Below are positions 24,384 through 32,000 of a DNA stretch of 32,000 nt, piece after piece. Position 1 is the first letter of the stretch. Every line of letters starts with the position of its first letter. Under the pieces are notes generated by a model. It was not told where the DNA came from. It saw only the letters and a program-made list of their open reading frames with translations, and ran no database searches. This stretch comes from an uncultured bacterium (lineage in GTDB: Bacteria > Margulisbacteria > WOR-1 > CAVSGV01), in contig OY969425.1 of NCBI GenBank assembly GCA_963699255.1, positions 1 to 32,000 of the forward strand. Reading direction: 5' to 3'. The position numbers and the translations under genes are program-made.

Positions 24384-25840
24384 AAAAAATCGAGAATAAA
24401 TCGGTCAGGCTCGACTGCCGCAGGGTGGAGCTGGACTATTCGCGCCGTAAGCAGTCCGGAAAAATAATAAAGGATTATAACCCATCGAGCAGCAATTATT
24501 ATGAATTGAAGCTGGGACCGGGAAGGGTGTTCACCGAAAGATTCAGATGTAAAGAGGATAATATTTCCACGATAATAGCGAACCTGAAACTCCAGAGGGA
24601 AATGGTGGGTGTTCCTGATATCGGCGACGGCAGGGGAGGAACGAAGATCATTTCGGTTAAGACTCGCATTGCCGAAATGGTCGCCCAGTACCATTCATTT
24701 AAAGATGACAAGGAATACGTTGAAACTGTATTGACCGCCCCTATCTTTCAGCCGCCAAGCTGGATCACAGAGGACATGATGACCACATATTTCCATTACC
24801 TTACCGGCTGGGACACGGAGATCAATCCTGAGGGCGTTGGGTTTGCGGTCGGGCCTTCGGATTTTGTTGATCTGGCCAAGCAGCATCACAGATGGTTCAA
24901 GGGCGGGCCGGAATGTTATCTGGACATGAAAAAATACCTTGACGCGTACCCGGCGTTGAAACATTCAATGCAGGGGTATTCCATGCAACAGGCGTTCTTA
25001 TGGCCGCTACATACCTTAACCGATGAGCTTCTGTATTATGTGCCGGCCGTTTATTGGGCCGGCCAGATACTCAAGATCGGCGGAAAGATCCTGAAGAAGG
25101 GGATAATCCCGTTTTCAACCAACTGGATCTTTATTCCCGTGTTCGGGTGGTATTTCTACTATACCCTTAAGAACTATATAAGGCCGATGGCTTTAATGGG
25201 GGTCAGTTTCCCCGAATTATGGAGAAAAGAAGCGATGCTTTCCATACAGGGACCTGTTTATGAGGACGCCGTTAAAAAGGCGGTCCTGCGAGAGCCGCTT
25301 GAATTCGCGGCGACGGCGGCCGGAGACAGGAAAATGCTCTCGTATGAATTCCTTAAAGGGATAAAATGGAAAAGGAACCTGAGCAAGGTCACAACGCTTG
25401 TCGGAACAGGTATTTCCGCGGGGCTTGTATATCTGAAAGGCGGCGATCTTGAGTGGCAGACTTATGCCGGCTTAGGGTTCAATGTCCTGTTCCCGCTTTT
25501 AAGATGGGGATTGCTCAGCAGCGGGATAAAAGACCAGTATTCTTACCCCACAAGTTATGACACATACCTGAAGGAAAACCTGGAGCTCGAGGGCGCCGGA
25601 TACATAAAAGTATCCGAACATACCCCCGATACAAGGCTTGTAACCTTTAAGGTGAACAGCAAGCAGGACGCGGAAAGGGCGATAAACAGATTATCGGGTA
25701 ATCTGGGAGCGTTCACCCAGGTGAAGAATTATCTTGCGGGCATTCCGGGCACAGCGGGATTTGCCGAAATAGCAAGCCAGATACTGGCGCCTGATAACGC
25801 GGCCGAACCGAACGGACCCAGACCGTGTACCTGGCGGTGA
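24371..25840 (+). CDS. Membrane GT2-family processive-synthase-like protein (489 aa; TED and QxxRW motifs, 4 predicted TM helices)
   Basis: SWITEDMMTTYFHYLTGWDTEINPEGVGFAVGPSDFVDLAKQHHRWFKGG matches the cellulose-synthase-type block (vTED..t.l.l...Gw...y......g.aP.....l.Qr.RWa.G). It is preceded by LKLGPGRVFTERF (compare G.n.vfRR). After QxxRW come two hydrophobic helices, a cytosolic LREPLEFAATAAG segment at the position of the FxVTxK gating loop, two more helices and a ~100-aa soluble tail. GTG start at 24371 with AGGTGATC (24361-24368), perfectly complementary to the 16S 3' end GATCACCT. Confidence 0.7.
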   Translation: MVSVKKIENKSVRLDCRRVELDYSRRKQSGKIIKDYNPSSSNYYELKLGPGRVFTERFRCKEDNISTIIANLKLQREMVGVPDIGDGRGGTKIISVKTRIAEMVAQYHSFKDDKEYVETVLTAPIFQPPSWITEDMMTTYFHYLTGWDTEINPEGVGFAVGPSDFVDLAKQHHRWFKGGPECYLDMKKYLDAYPALKHSMQGYSMQQAFLWPLHTLTDELLYYVPAVYWAGQILKIGGKILKKGIIPFSTNWIFIPVFGWYFYYTLKNYIRPMALMGVSFPELWRKEAMLSIQGPVYEDAVKKAVLREPLEFAATAAGDRKMLSYEFLKGIKWKRNLSKVTTLVGTGISAGLVYLKGGDLEWQTYAGLGFNVLFPLLRWGLLSSGIKDQYSYPTSYDTYLKENLELEGAGYIKVSEHTPDTRLVTFKVNSKQDAERAINRLSGNLGAFTQVKNYLAGIPGTAGFAEIASQILAPDNAAEPNGPRPCTWR

Positions 25841-26775
25841 AGGTAAAAGAAGGCGGAATATACGAGAGCTTCTCAAGGCATTCAAGGATCGACGGTGATT
25901 TCTATTTCAAGCATGACTATAAGATCCAAAAAAATTACCATGACATGGATAAAGACCTTAAGACCGCCGTATCAAAGGGACGACTGGAAGAGGCATTGGA
26001 TAATTACGACAGGATAGTTAAGGAGAAAAGAAGGAACAGCGCTGAGATCCTGGATGATAAAAAATCATATAAAGCAAAGGTGACCGGCGAGGAAACAGGC
26101 CTGCTTAAATCGGCCATCAGCAAGCTTACTGATAATATTAAAAACGAGAACGACCCGGAAAAGACATATGAGGATATCATGCTTCTTTCCAGGGCTTTTG
26201 TAACGACCGGGCGATACGCTGATTCGGCGGCGCTGCTCCTGAAACTGCTTTCCAAGGGGAATAGCACCATCCCGGTAAAAGGGTTTAAGGATAACGAGCT
26301 TGATGCCGCAACAGGCAAAGCAGCTGACGCGGTGAAAGACAGGAGCGAGATAATAAAAAAGATCCGACAGGCTATATTGCGCGATCCGGCTTCCATGAAC
26401 AAGATCGTGCTGTCAATGAAAACGGATGAGATAAAGGAGATATTCGGTTCGACAGGCGCTGTTTTCAACGGGGTAAGCGCTGAAGATATTTCTGATGTAA
26501 CATCAAATATGACCCTGGAACAGGAAGGCGTATTCATGCAGAGCCTGGTCAATGCGGGATGCGGGGAATTAAAGGACGCATTGATCATAGAGTTCTATGG
26601 AGTGAGCGGAAAGTCCTATGATGAACTTATCGCGTTAACAAAGGAGTTTACGAAGAACGAGCGGGCTATAAGGGACATACTGGACAGAGAAGCGAAAAAG
26701 AAAACGGAAAATATAATGATCAGGATAATCGGTCCTGATATCGCGAAACTATTGCTGACAGGGGGCAAGAAATAA
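25825..26775 (+). CDS. Hypothetical helical protein (up to 316 aa)
   Basis: The ORF overlaps the upstream stop and abuts the next ATG (stop 26773-26775, ATG 26776), which suggests operon coupling. Candidate starts are GTG 25825, GTG 25837 (a GTGA overlap with the upstream stop) or ATG 25945. None has a clear SD. Confidence 0.55.
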   Translation: MYLAVKVKEGGIYESFSRHSRIDGDFYFKHDYKIQKNYHDMDKDLKTAVSKGRLEEALDNYDRIVKEKRRNSAEILDDKKSYKAKVTGEETGLLKSAISKLTDNIKNENDPEKTYEDIMLLSRAFVTTGRYADSAALLLKLLSKGNSTIPVKGFKDNELDAATGKAADAVKDRSEIIKKIRQAILRDPASMNKIVLSMKTDEIKEIFGSTGAVFNGVSAEDISDVTSNMTLEQEGVFMQSLVNAGCGELKDALIIEFYGVSGKSYDELIALTKEFTKNERAIRDILDREAKKKTENIMIRIIGPDIAKLLLTGGKK

Positions 26776-29700
26776 ATGAGCGACCCACTTAATAAAATAT
26801 CCGGTTCCGGCAGCACGAACAATATCAAAAAAGACGTAAAGCCGGAAAATAAAAAGAAAAAGGATGAAAACATGGATGTTTCTGTAACGTTCATCCCATA
26901 CGGGCCGGATTACGCGGAAGTGGCGGATTGCGCGTTCGTGTTCAATCCAGCGCAGTATATGGCGCAGCATCAGATAACCGGGAAAACCAACAAAACGGAT
27001 GTGTCAGAGGAATCCAGGCTTTTTGTGGCAAATTTCTTCAAGAGCGGCAAGGAAAGCGTGGATAACGCGAACTTAGAATCCAAAACTAATTTTGTTGCTC
27101 CGATCGTTAGCCCCGAACCGTTCATAAGACCGTTCATAAACTCGGCGGTCCCGGATAAAACGTACGTGTACAACGCGGCGCTGGACGCGGTGCAACGCGA
27201 GGAACAAGAACAGTTCGGTAGCTTCAATGCGAAGGTAAAGCCGGTGGAAGGCAAATGCTTACTTGGAGCTTGGTTCGGAGTTTCCCCGGATGAAAATAAT
27301 TCAAAATCTATTTTCGCTGTCCCTACTGTTGTCAGGAGCGTTACTTTTGACCATTCAGACCTGGAAGCCCTAAAAAAGGAAAATCTGGCCAATCTGAAGA
27401 CCATGCTGGAGAAAAAAGGGTATACAGGCAAAACGGCCCTAAAGCCTGAAAAAATAGATTTTATCAAGGCGCAATTGACGCCATATATCTCTTTGGACCT
27501 GGATTCCGCGAAAGATATAACCGCAGATATCCCGATCGAGATGAAGACCGTAAACAAGAAAATATCGACCATGGAAGATTACAGGAAGAAAAGGGATGAT
27601 TTTGCCGCCCTGACCGGCAAGGCCCCGAAAATAGAAATGATGTTCGAAGTGTGGAGCGATACCTGGACATACAATCCATTCCCGGCGGCTTTTTGCACGG
27701 AAGTTGACCAGCATGGTCATATCCCGATGGTGACATGGGGACCTTCGGGGCTGCCGTTCAACCCGACGGATGACAAAAGCACTTACCTGGATGAATTCAA
27801 CAAGCAGCTCGCGAATAAGCACGGCGAAATTTATGAATACGCGAAAAATTGGGCCGAGGAGGCAAAGGAATACGGGAAGCCGTTCTTGCTGAGGCCGTTC
27901 CATGAAATGAACCTGCAGGACAACTGCGAATGGACGGCGTGGATGAACGGAGGAGAAAAAGGAATAGCTAAATTCAAGAAAGCATGGCAAAACCTGTATA
28001 CATTATTCAAGGAAGTGGGGGCGGACAACGCCACATTCGTCTGGTGCCCGAATACCAGGGGATATCCGCTAGAAGATTGGAACAGTAAAGCGCGGGATTA
28101 CTTCCCCGGCGCCGAATATGTGGATTGGCTGGGCGTTGACGGATATCTGAAGTCCGAGATCAAGACAGGAAGCGAATTTCCGAGATTCGCCACGGTTTTT
28201 GGGGCCACGATCGGGAAATCGACCGTTCCAAAAAGCAGGATTGTCGGTATTTTTGGAGCGAAAGATATGTCCTGGCGCCAGTATTTCGTCGATCCGGACG
28301 ATAAGGACATTCTTTTTAAGCCTGATATTGAAAATGAATTAAGAAAACAGGCGAATCCCGGCAAGGACACAAAAGCGGACCCGGTTAAAGCAGAAAGGTC
28401 ACGCAAGCTGCTTAAAATTTATGATGAGATCCCCGAGTTGAGCTTATTGTCCAAACAATACCATAAGCCTTTGATGATATGTGAAACATCTTCAAGGCCG
28501 GACCTGTACAAGGCCGAATATTTCACGCAATTATTTGGCGCTGCGAAAGCATACGACCTGAGCGCGGTGGTCCTGTTCAACCAGAACAAATTAGGGATGG
28601 GCGGAAGCGCAGAGGATGACTGGCTTATTGACGCGCCGATCAAGGGCGAAAAGGAAGAGCTTAGTGCCGAGGCGCAAATACAGCTTGATCAGGCAGCGCG
28701 CGAATCCAAAGAGGCGTGGCAATATGTATTCGATCATCTTAAGGATATGGGTTTACCCGAGCCCACAAAGGTTTTAGTTGCCCCGGAAAGGAATCCGGTG
28801 CTTGAAACATTCAGGAATATCGGGAATGACGGTTCCCTGCTGTTCGACCCAAAGGGAATATCGGTCAATAAAATAGGAGTGAACAACGAAACGCCGCAGG
28901 ATATCAAGATGCCGGAGCGGGAAAAAGATCTGAACATAAAAATAAGAAAGCGCAACACCGAGCTGAAAATTTATCCGCAGGACATTGATATAAGGATGAA
29001 GGTGGGGGAGTATCAGGAAGAACTTTCCGGCTACCAGTACCTTAAAGTAATAAATGAAAAAATCGATCCTAAGGAGGTCCTGAAAAAGATAGGCGAACAG
29101 CATCAGCTGGCCATAAATGAACTTAAAAAAGTGCCCGGATCGGACCGCAATTACCTGAAAGCGCGCGCTGCAATGAAAGAAATCTACGCCTCATGGGATT
29201 CTGACGATAAAGACCTGAAAAAGTACTACAGGGATCAAGCGAAAAAGATATCCCTGGAAATAATAGCATTGACGAAAGACGAAAAATACATCAAGCCTTT
29301 TAGCAATAAAACGGCGCTCAAATTCTTTGACCCCGGGTATACAGAAAGGGAGCTGCTCGGGATGAGGGCTTCCGCTCATGTGACGATAGCGGACATTTAC
29401 GCGGAATGGTCCGAAAAGGAAAATGCGAAAAAAGAATATACAGAAGCTTTGAAGATCCTGAAAAACGAAGAATTCCAGAGAAGCGCGTATAAAGACAAGC
29501 TGGCGAATTCAAGCGCGGAATACCGGCAGGAAAAACATTATCCGGACGCTGGCAGGGACTTTTTGGAGGCGTGCGTTTATCCGGTGAACTGGCTTACCAG
29601 GGATAAGGACAAGGACCTGAAGACAAGCATCGCGATCGGCATGGCGAAAGTGAAGACCCTTGATACTAAAGACACAAAAACCTTTGATGAAGGCATTGAA

Positions 29701-29961
29701 GAGCTGAATAATATCGCTTACAAAACTTTCGGCGTAAGCCCAAGGCTTGTATTAAAGGCAAAAGTCGAGCTCGCGTACGCGCTAGCCAACTACGCGTTAA
29801 TAGCGAAGAAAGTGAAAGACAAGGATCCGGCACTTTACAACAGTTATATGGCCAAGGCAATGCAGTCGTTCGTTATCGCAAGGGGACTCTTTGCCACGGA
29901 ATACGCCTACAAGGCCGGCAAACTGATAGATGACCTCACGGCGACCCTGATCAAACAATAA
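26776..29961 (+). CDS. GH26-like glycoside hydrolase with unknown N-terminal region and helical-repeat (TPR-like) C-terminal region (1061 aa)
   Basis: aa ~290-625 follow the family-26 pattern: HIPMVTWGP, KPFLLRPFHEMN..W..W (acid/base Glu in HEMN, aa 377), KFKKAWQNLYTLF, ADNATFVWCPN, YFPGAEYVDWLGVDGY, KPLMICETSS (nucleophile Glu, aa 570), AVVLFNQ. The Lys-rich N-terminus MSDPLNKISGSGSTNNIKKDVKPENKKKKD has no signal peptide. aa ~780-1061 are helix-rich with TPR-like heptads. Confidence 0.75.
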   Translation: MSDPLNKISGSGSTNNIKKDVKPENKKKKDENMDVSVTFIPYGPDYAEVADCAFVFNPAQYMAQHQITGKTNKTDVSEESRLFVANFFKSGKESVDNANLESKTNFVAPIVSPEPFIRPFINSAVPDKTYVYNAALDAVQREEQEQFGSFNAKVKPVEGKCLLGAWFGVSPDENNSKSIFAVPTVVRSVTFDHSDLEALKKENLANLKTMLEKKGYTGKTALKPEKIDFIKAQLTPYISLDLDSAKDITADIPIEMKTVNKKISTMEDYRKKRDDFAALTGKAPKIEMMFEVWSDTWTYNPFPAAFCTEVDQHGHIPMVTWGPSGLPFNPTDDKSTYLDEFNKQLANKHGEIYEYAKNWAEEAKEYGKPFLLRPFHEMNLQDNCEWTAWMNGGEKGIAKFKKAWQNLYTLFKEVGADNATFVWCPNTRGYPLEDWNSKARDYFPGAEYVDWLGVDGYLKSEIKTGSEFPRFATVFGATIGKSTVPKSRIVGIFGAKDMSWRQYFVDPDDKDILFKPDIENELRKQANPGKDTKADPVKAERSRKLLKIYDEIPELSLLSKQYHKPLMICETSSRPDLYKAEYFTQLFGAAKAYDLSAVVLFNQNKLGMGGSAEDDWLIDAPIKGEKEELSAEAQIQLDQAARESKEAWQYVFDHLKDMGLPEPTKVLVAPERNPVLETFRNIGNDGSLLFDPKGISVNKIGVNNETPQDIKMPEREKDLNIKIRKRNTELKIYPQDIDIRMKVGEYQEELSGYQYLKVINEKIDPKEVLKKIGEQHQLAINELKKVPGSDRNYLKARAAMKEIYASWDSDDKDLKKYYRDQAKKISLEIIALTKDEKYIKPFSNKTALKFFDPGYTERELLGMRASAHVTIADIYAEWSEKENAKKEYTEALKILKNEEFQRSAYKDKLANSSAEYRQEKHYPDAGRDFLEACVYPVNWLTRDKDKDLKTSIAIGMAKVKTLDTKDTKTFDEGIEELNNIAYKTFGVSPRLVLKAKVELAYALANYALIAKKVKDKDPALYNSYMAKAMQSFVIARGLFATEYAYKAGKLIDDLTATLIKQ

Positions 29962-30012
29962 CAGGTCTTCTCCCGAAGGGCAAAGACCGCGCAAAAATAT
30001 TTTAAAAACCAG

Positions 30013-30045
30013 TGAAATTTACGACGAAACCTGCCGATATATATA
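30013..30045 (+). promoter_or_regulatory. Promoter-like motif copy (TGAAAT-N17-GATATA)
   Basis: TGAAAT 30013-30018, 17 nt, GATATA 30036-30041, within the near-palindrome CCGATATATATATGTCGG. There are 65 nt to the ATG at 30107. Confidence 0.5.
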
Positions 30046-30106
30046 TGTCGGAAATAAGGCCGAAAATCGACTTAACGCGGCCAAAATATATTAGGGGGAA
30101 ATACAA

Positions 30107-32000
30107 ATGGGTGAGCAAGTAAGACTGGGAACGACCACGGATTATTATAGTCCGCAGCCGATAGATGTAGGGCACGATAAAGTAACCGGAGAAGAAATAT
30201 ACAGGCAGAGAACTTACGCGAAATGCAGCGTGGGCAAACAGAGCAACCTGACATTGGATGCCGCGCTTGATGAGGTTGAATCAGAGAAGATAGATTATCT
30301 GAATAAAAAACAGCCGTCACAGGCCTTTGGATGCATGATCCAGGCAGCCGGACTTTACGGGAACAGGGACGACATTGGCGACCGGAAAAAAGCATATTTA
30401 TTGCTCCGCAAAATAATAGTCCTGGCAAGCAAAGATACGATAGAAAGAACGAAAAAGACCATTGCCTATGGCGTGCCGGGCGGAGAAATAACAACCGCTG
30501 AATTTGCAACATTTGACCCTAAGTTTTTGAAAGATCCCCAGGTGCAGGAAGCCCAGGCGAAGATCGCTATAGCTGATCTGGTCCTGAAGCAGCTGAACGA
30601 CAATGAGGTCCCGGATGTTAAGGTTGTAGACCCAAAGATCACAGACGCGACAGCCTACGCGATAAGCTGCTGCCAGTCCGCGAGAACCGCCCTTAACGCG
30701 TTTAAATACAAAGACGATTTCAATATAAGCAAGAGCTACATACTAGAGGCAAAATTGATGGCTTTGAGTAAAGCATCGGATGACGATGTCCGCGCGAAAC
30801 TTAAGTCAGCGCACATCGATTGGAACGCGATCAAAGACCGCGTTTCGGATGATCCGAATGTCAAAGATGAAAGCCTGAGGCCGGCCGGGATGAGCAAGGA
30901 TGACTACATTGAAGAGATCAGGAAAGGCACCGTATACATCAATGCGTGGGCGATGGTTGAAGACGCGCATCTTACCGACCAGAAGGTGAACGTCAGCACG
31001 GAGGACATATCCGCGAAGATAGGTTTATGCAGTGATGCTCATGTAATGCTTTCCGGCAAGGACACGGACAACGGCATAGACAAGGCAAAGGATTATATTA
31101 ACCACGACGCGTTTTTAACAGAGGCGAACCTTACCGCGAAACTTGCCCGCCTTAACATTAATGATCCGGACAAATATAGGGGCGGCTTGAATGACGCAAG
31201 GGCCCTGTATAAAGAAATATCGGAGAAAACCGCGTTCAGTGATATAAAAGCTATCGCGATCGCAGCAAAAATATCCATCGATATGGAGCTTGGCGAATTC
31301 ACATGGGATGACGCGAAAAGTGCTTTAGAGGCTTATTTTGATCCAACAACCAGCACATTTCCCCTTAAATCCCCATTCGCTGAAAATTCATTCACATACC
31401 TGTCCATGGAGCTCCTGGAGGCCCAGCTGAGGAATACAACGCAAAGGAAGAAAGTGTGGGTCCCCGGCTGCGGCGATTGCACATATAAAACGAAGACCGA
31501 AGTTGCTGATTATACCCTCGCGGGGATAAGGACGGACAACGTGAAAAAGGCCATTAAAGCCAGATCAGTTAAGGCGGTCAGGGATCCGGAGGCGCTGAAC
31601 GACCTTAATATCAGGGCAAGTCTTGAACACGCCAGATCAACAGCTTTGGAAGGCATAGCGCTAAGGGACGATATCGCCAAAAGGGCGAAATTCAATGACG
31701 ACGCCATAAAAGAGCTTACGGATATCCTGGGCCCCACCGGCCTTAATGAAACCACGGACAATATATTGAACAATCTCGGCGGCAAGAGAAAAATGGAAAG
31801 CTCCTTCTATGTGACGCTGTGGGGGGAATGGGCGAATTACCTGGAGCAGATAGCGTGGCTGGACAGCAAGGATAAGCCGGGAGACATGAACATATTTAAA
31901 GCCGCCAATGACAAATACGATGAAACAATAAAGCTCTGCGGTTATTCAAAGGCCACATATGACAAAGGGGTAGCGGGGCAGGAAAGCGCCAGGAAGCAAA
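30107..32000 (+). CDS. Large hypothetical helical-repeat protein, 3'-truncated by the window edge (>631 aa)
   Basis: This ORF is not in the track because it has no stop in the window. I translated frame 2 from the ATG at 30107 (SD GGGGGA 7 nt upstream, in-frame TAG at 30092) to position 32000 and found no stop. Begins MGEQVRLGTTTDYYSPQPIDVGHDK. Ala/Lys/Asp-rich helical content; no domain recognised. Confidence 0.7.
   Translation, partial: MGEQVRLGTTTDYYSPQPIDVGHDKVTGEEIYRQRTYAKCSVGKQSNLTLDAALDEVESEKIDYLNKKQPSQAFGCMIQAAGLYGNRDDIGDRKKAYLLLRKIIVLASKDTIERTKKTIAYGVPGGEITTAEFATFDPKFLKDPQVQEAQAKIAIADLVLKQLNDNEVPDVKVVDPKITDATAYAISCCQSARTALNAFKYKDDFNISKSYILEAKLMALSKASDDDVRAKLKSAHIDWNAIKDRVSDDPNVKDESLRPAGMSKDDYIEEIRKGTVYINAWAMVEDAHLTDQKVNVSTEDISAKIGLCSDAHVMLSGKDTDNGIDKAKDYINHDAFLTEANLTAKLARLNINDPDKYRGGLNDARALYKEISEKTAFSDIKAIAIAAKISIDMELGEFTWDDAKSALEAYFDPTTSTFPLKSPFAENSFTYLSMELLEAQLRNTTQRKKVWVPGCGDCTYKTKTEVADYTLAGIRTDNVKKAIKARSVKAVRDPEALNDLNIRASLEHARSTALEGIALRDDIAKRAKFNDDAIKELTDILGPTGLNETTDNILNNLGGKRKMESSFYVTLWGEWANYLEQIAWLDSKDKPGDMNIFKAANDKYDETIKLCGYSKATYDKGVAGQESARKQ

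Noticed and set aside
24355-24390. Frameshifted pseudogene or programmed frameshift joining the 1008-aa and 489-aa ORFs; phase-variable A8 tract at 24382-24389
   Set aside because: The downstream frame is open only from 24359, and the window 24359-24380 contains no homopolymer or X_XXY_YYZ slippery site. The A8 run begins inside and after the TAA stop, so its length cannot fuse the frames. A strong SD (AGGTGATC) precedes the GTG. Overlapping coupled genes are the simpler reading, although an assembly indel cannot be excluded without reads.
26004-27990. Long antisense ORFs 26004-26588 (194 aa), 26970-27572 (200 aa), 27439-27990 (183 aa)
   Set aside because: They lie opposite the operon-coupled + strand genes, including the GH26-like region with its conserved motifs. 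They give Ser/Leu/Phe-rich translations typical of antisense frames of Lys/Glu-rich genes.
29964-29988. Terminator after the GH26-like gene (GGTCTT..CCC GAA GGG..AAGACC)
   Set aside because: The hairpin is imperfect, with an internal loop, and has no following T-tract. This is not enough to call an intrinsic terminator.

Overview
Window from an uncultivated-looking bacterium. All calls below are by-eye motif recognition; no searches or computations were run. The window opens with a complete 16S rRNA gene (44-1563, +). It is followed by two intrinsic terminators and protein genes, not by spacer tRNAs or 23S, so rrs is unlinked. Next come two minus-strand hypothetical genes (1833-2276, 2461-3321), then a secreted M23 peptidase and thiE. 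A leuC-leuD-leuB block on the opposite strand converges on thiE; this core-metabolism stretch runs 3.4-8.4 kb. From 8.4 kb to the window end (more than 23 kb, all + strand) lies a block of large, mostly unrecognisable genes. In order they are: two tandem ~900-aa paralogs with a degenerate glycogen-synthase-like N-domain; a 1004-aa NDK-like + guanylate-kinase-like + HD-domain fusion; two class I methyltransferase-like genes (MidA-like and Tgs1/guanine-N2-like); a 69-aa micro-ORF; and a divergent adenylosuccinate-synthetase (PurA) homolog with substituted catalytic His residues and an interrupted aspartate loop. These are followed by a 1008-aa hypothetical gene overlapping a membrane GT2 'TED...QxxRW' synthase-like gene, a 316-aa helical protein, a 1061-aa GH26-like hydrolase with a helical-repeat tail, and a >631-aa helical protein. 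Nine intergenic copies of one promoter-like motif (TGAAAT-N17-GATA[AT][AT], invariant spacing) link these genes to the two minus-strand genes beside the 16S. The best candidate for an undescribed system is the purine/guanine-nucleotide tailoring module (14.1-21.2 kb) embedded in a synthase-type glycan cluster.
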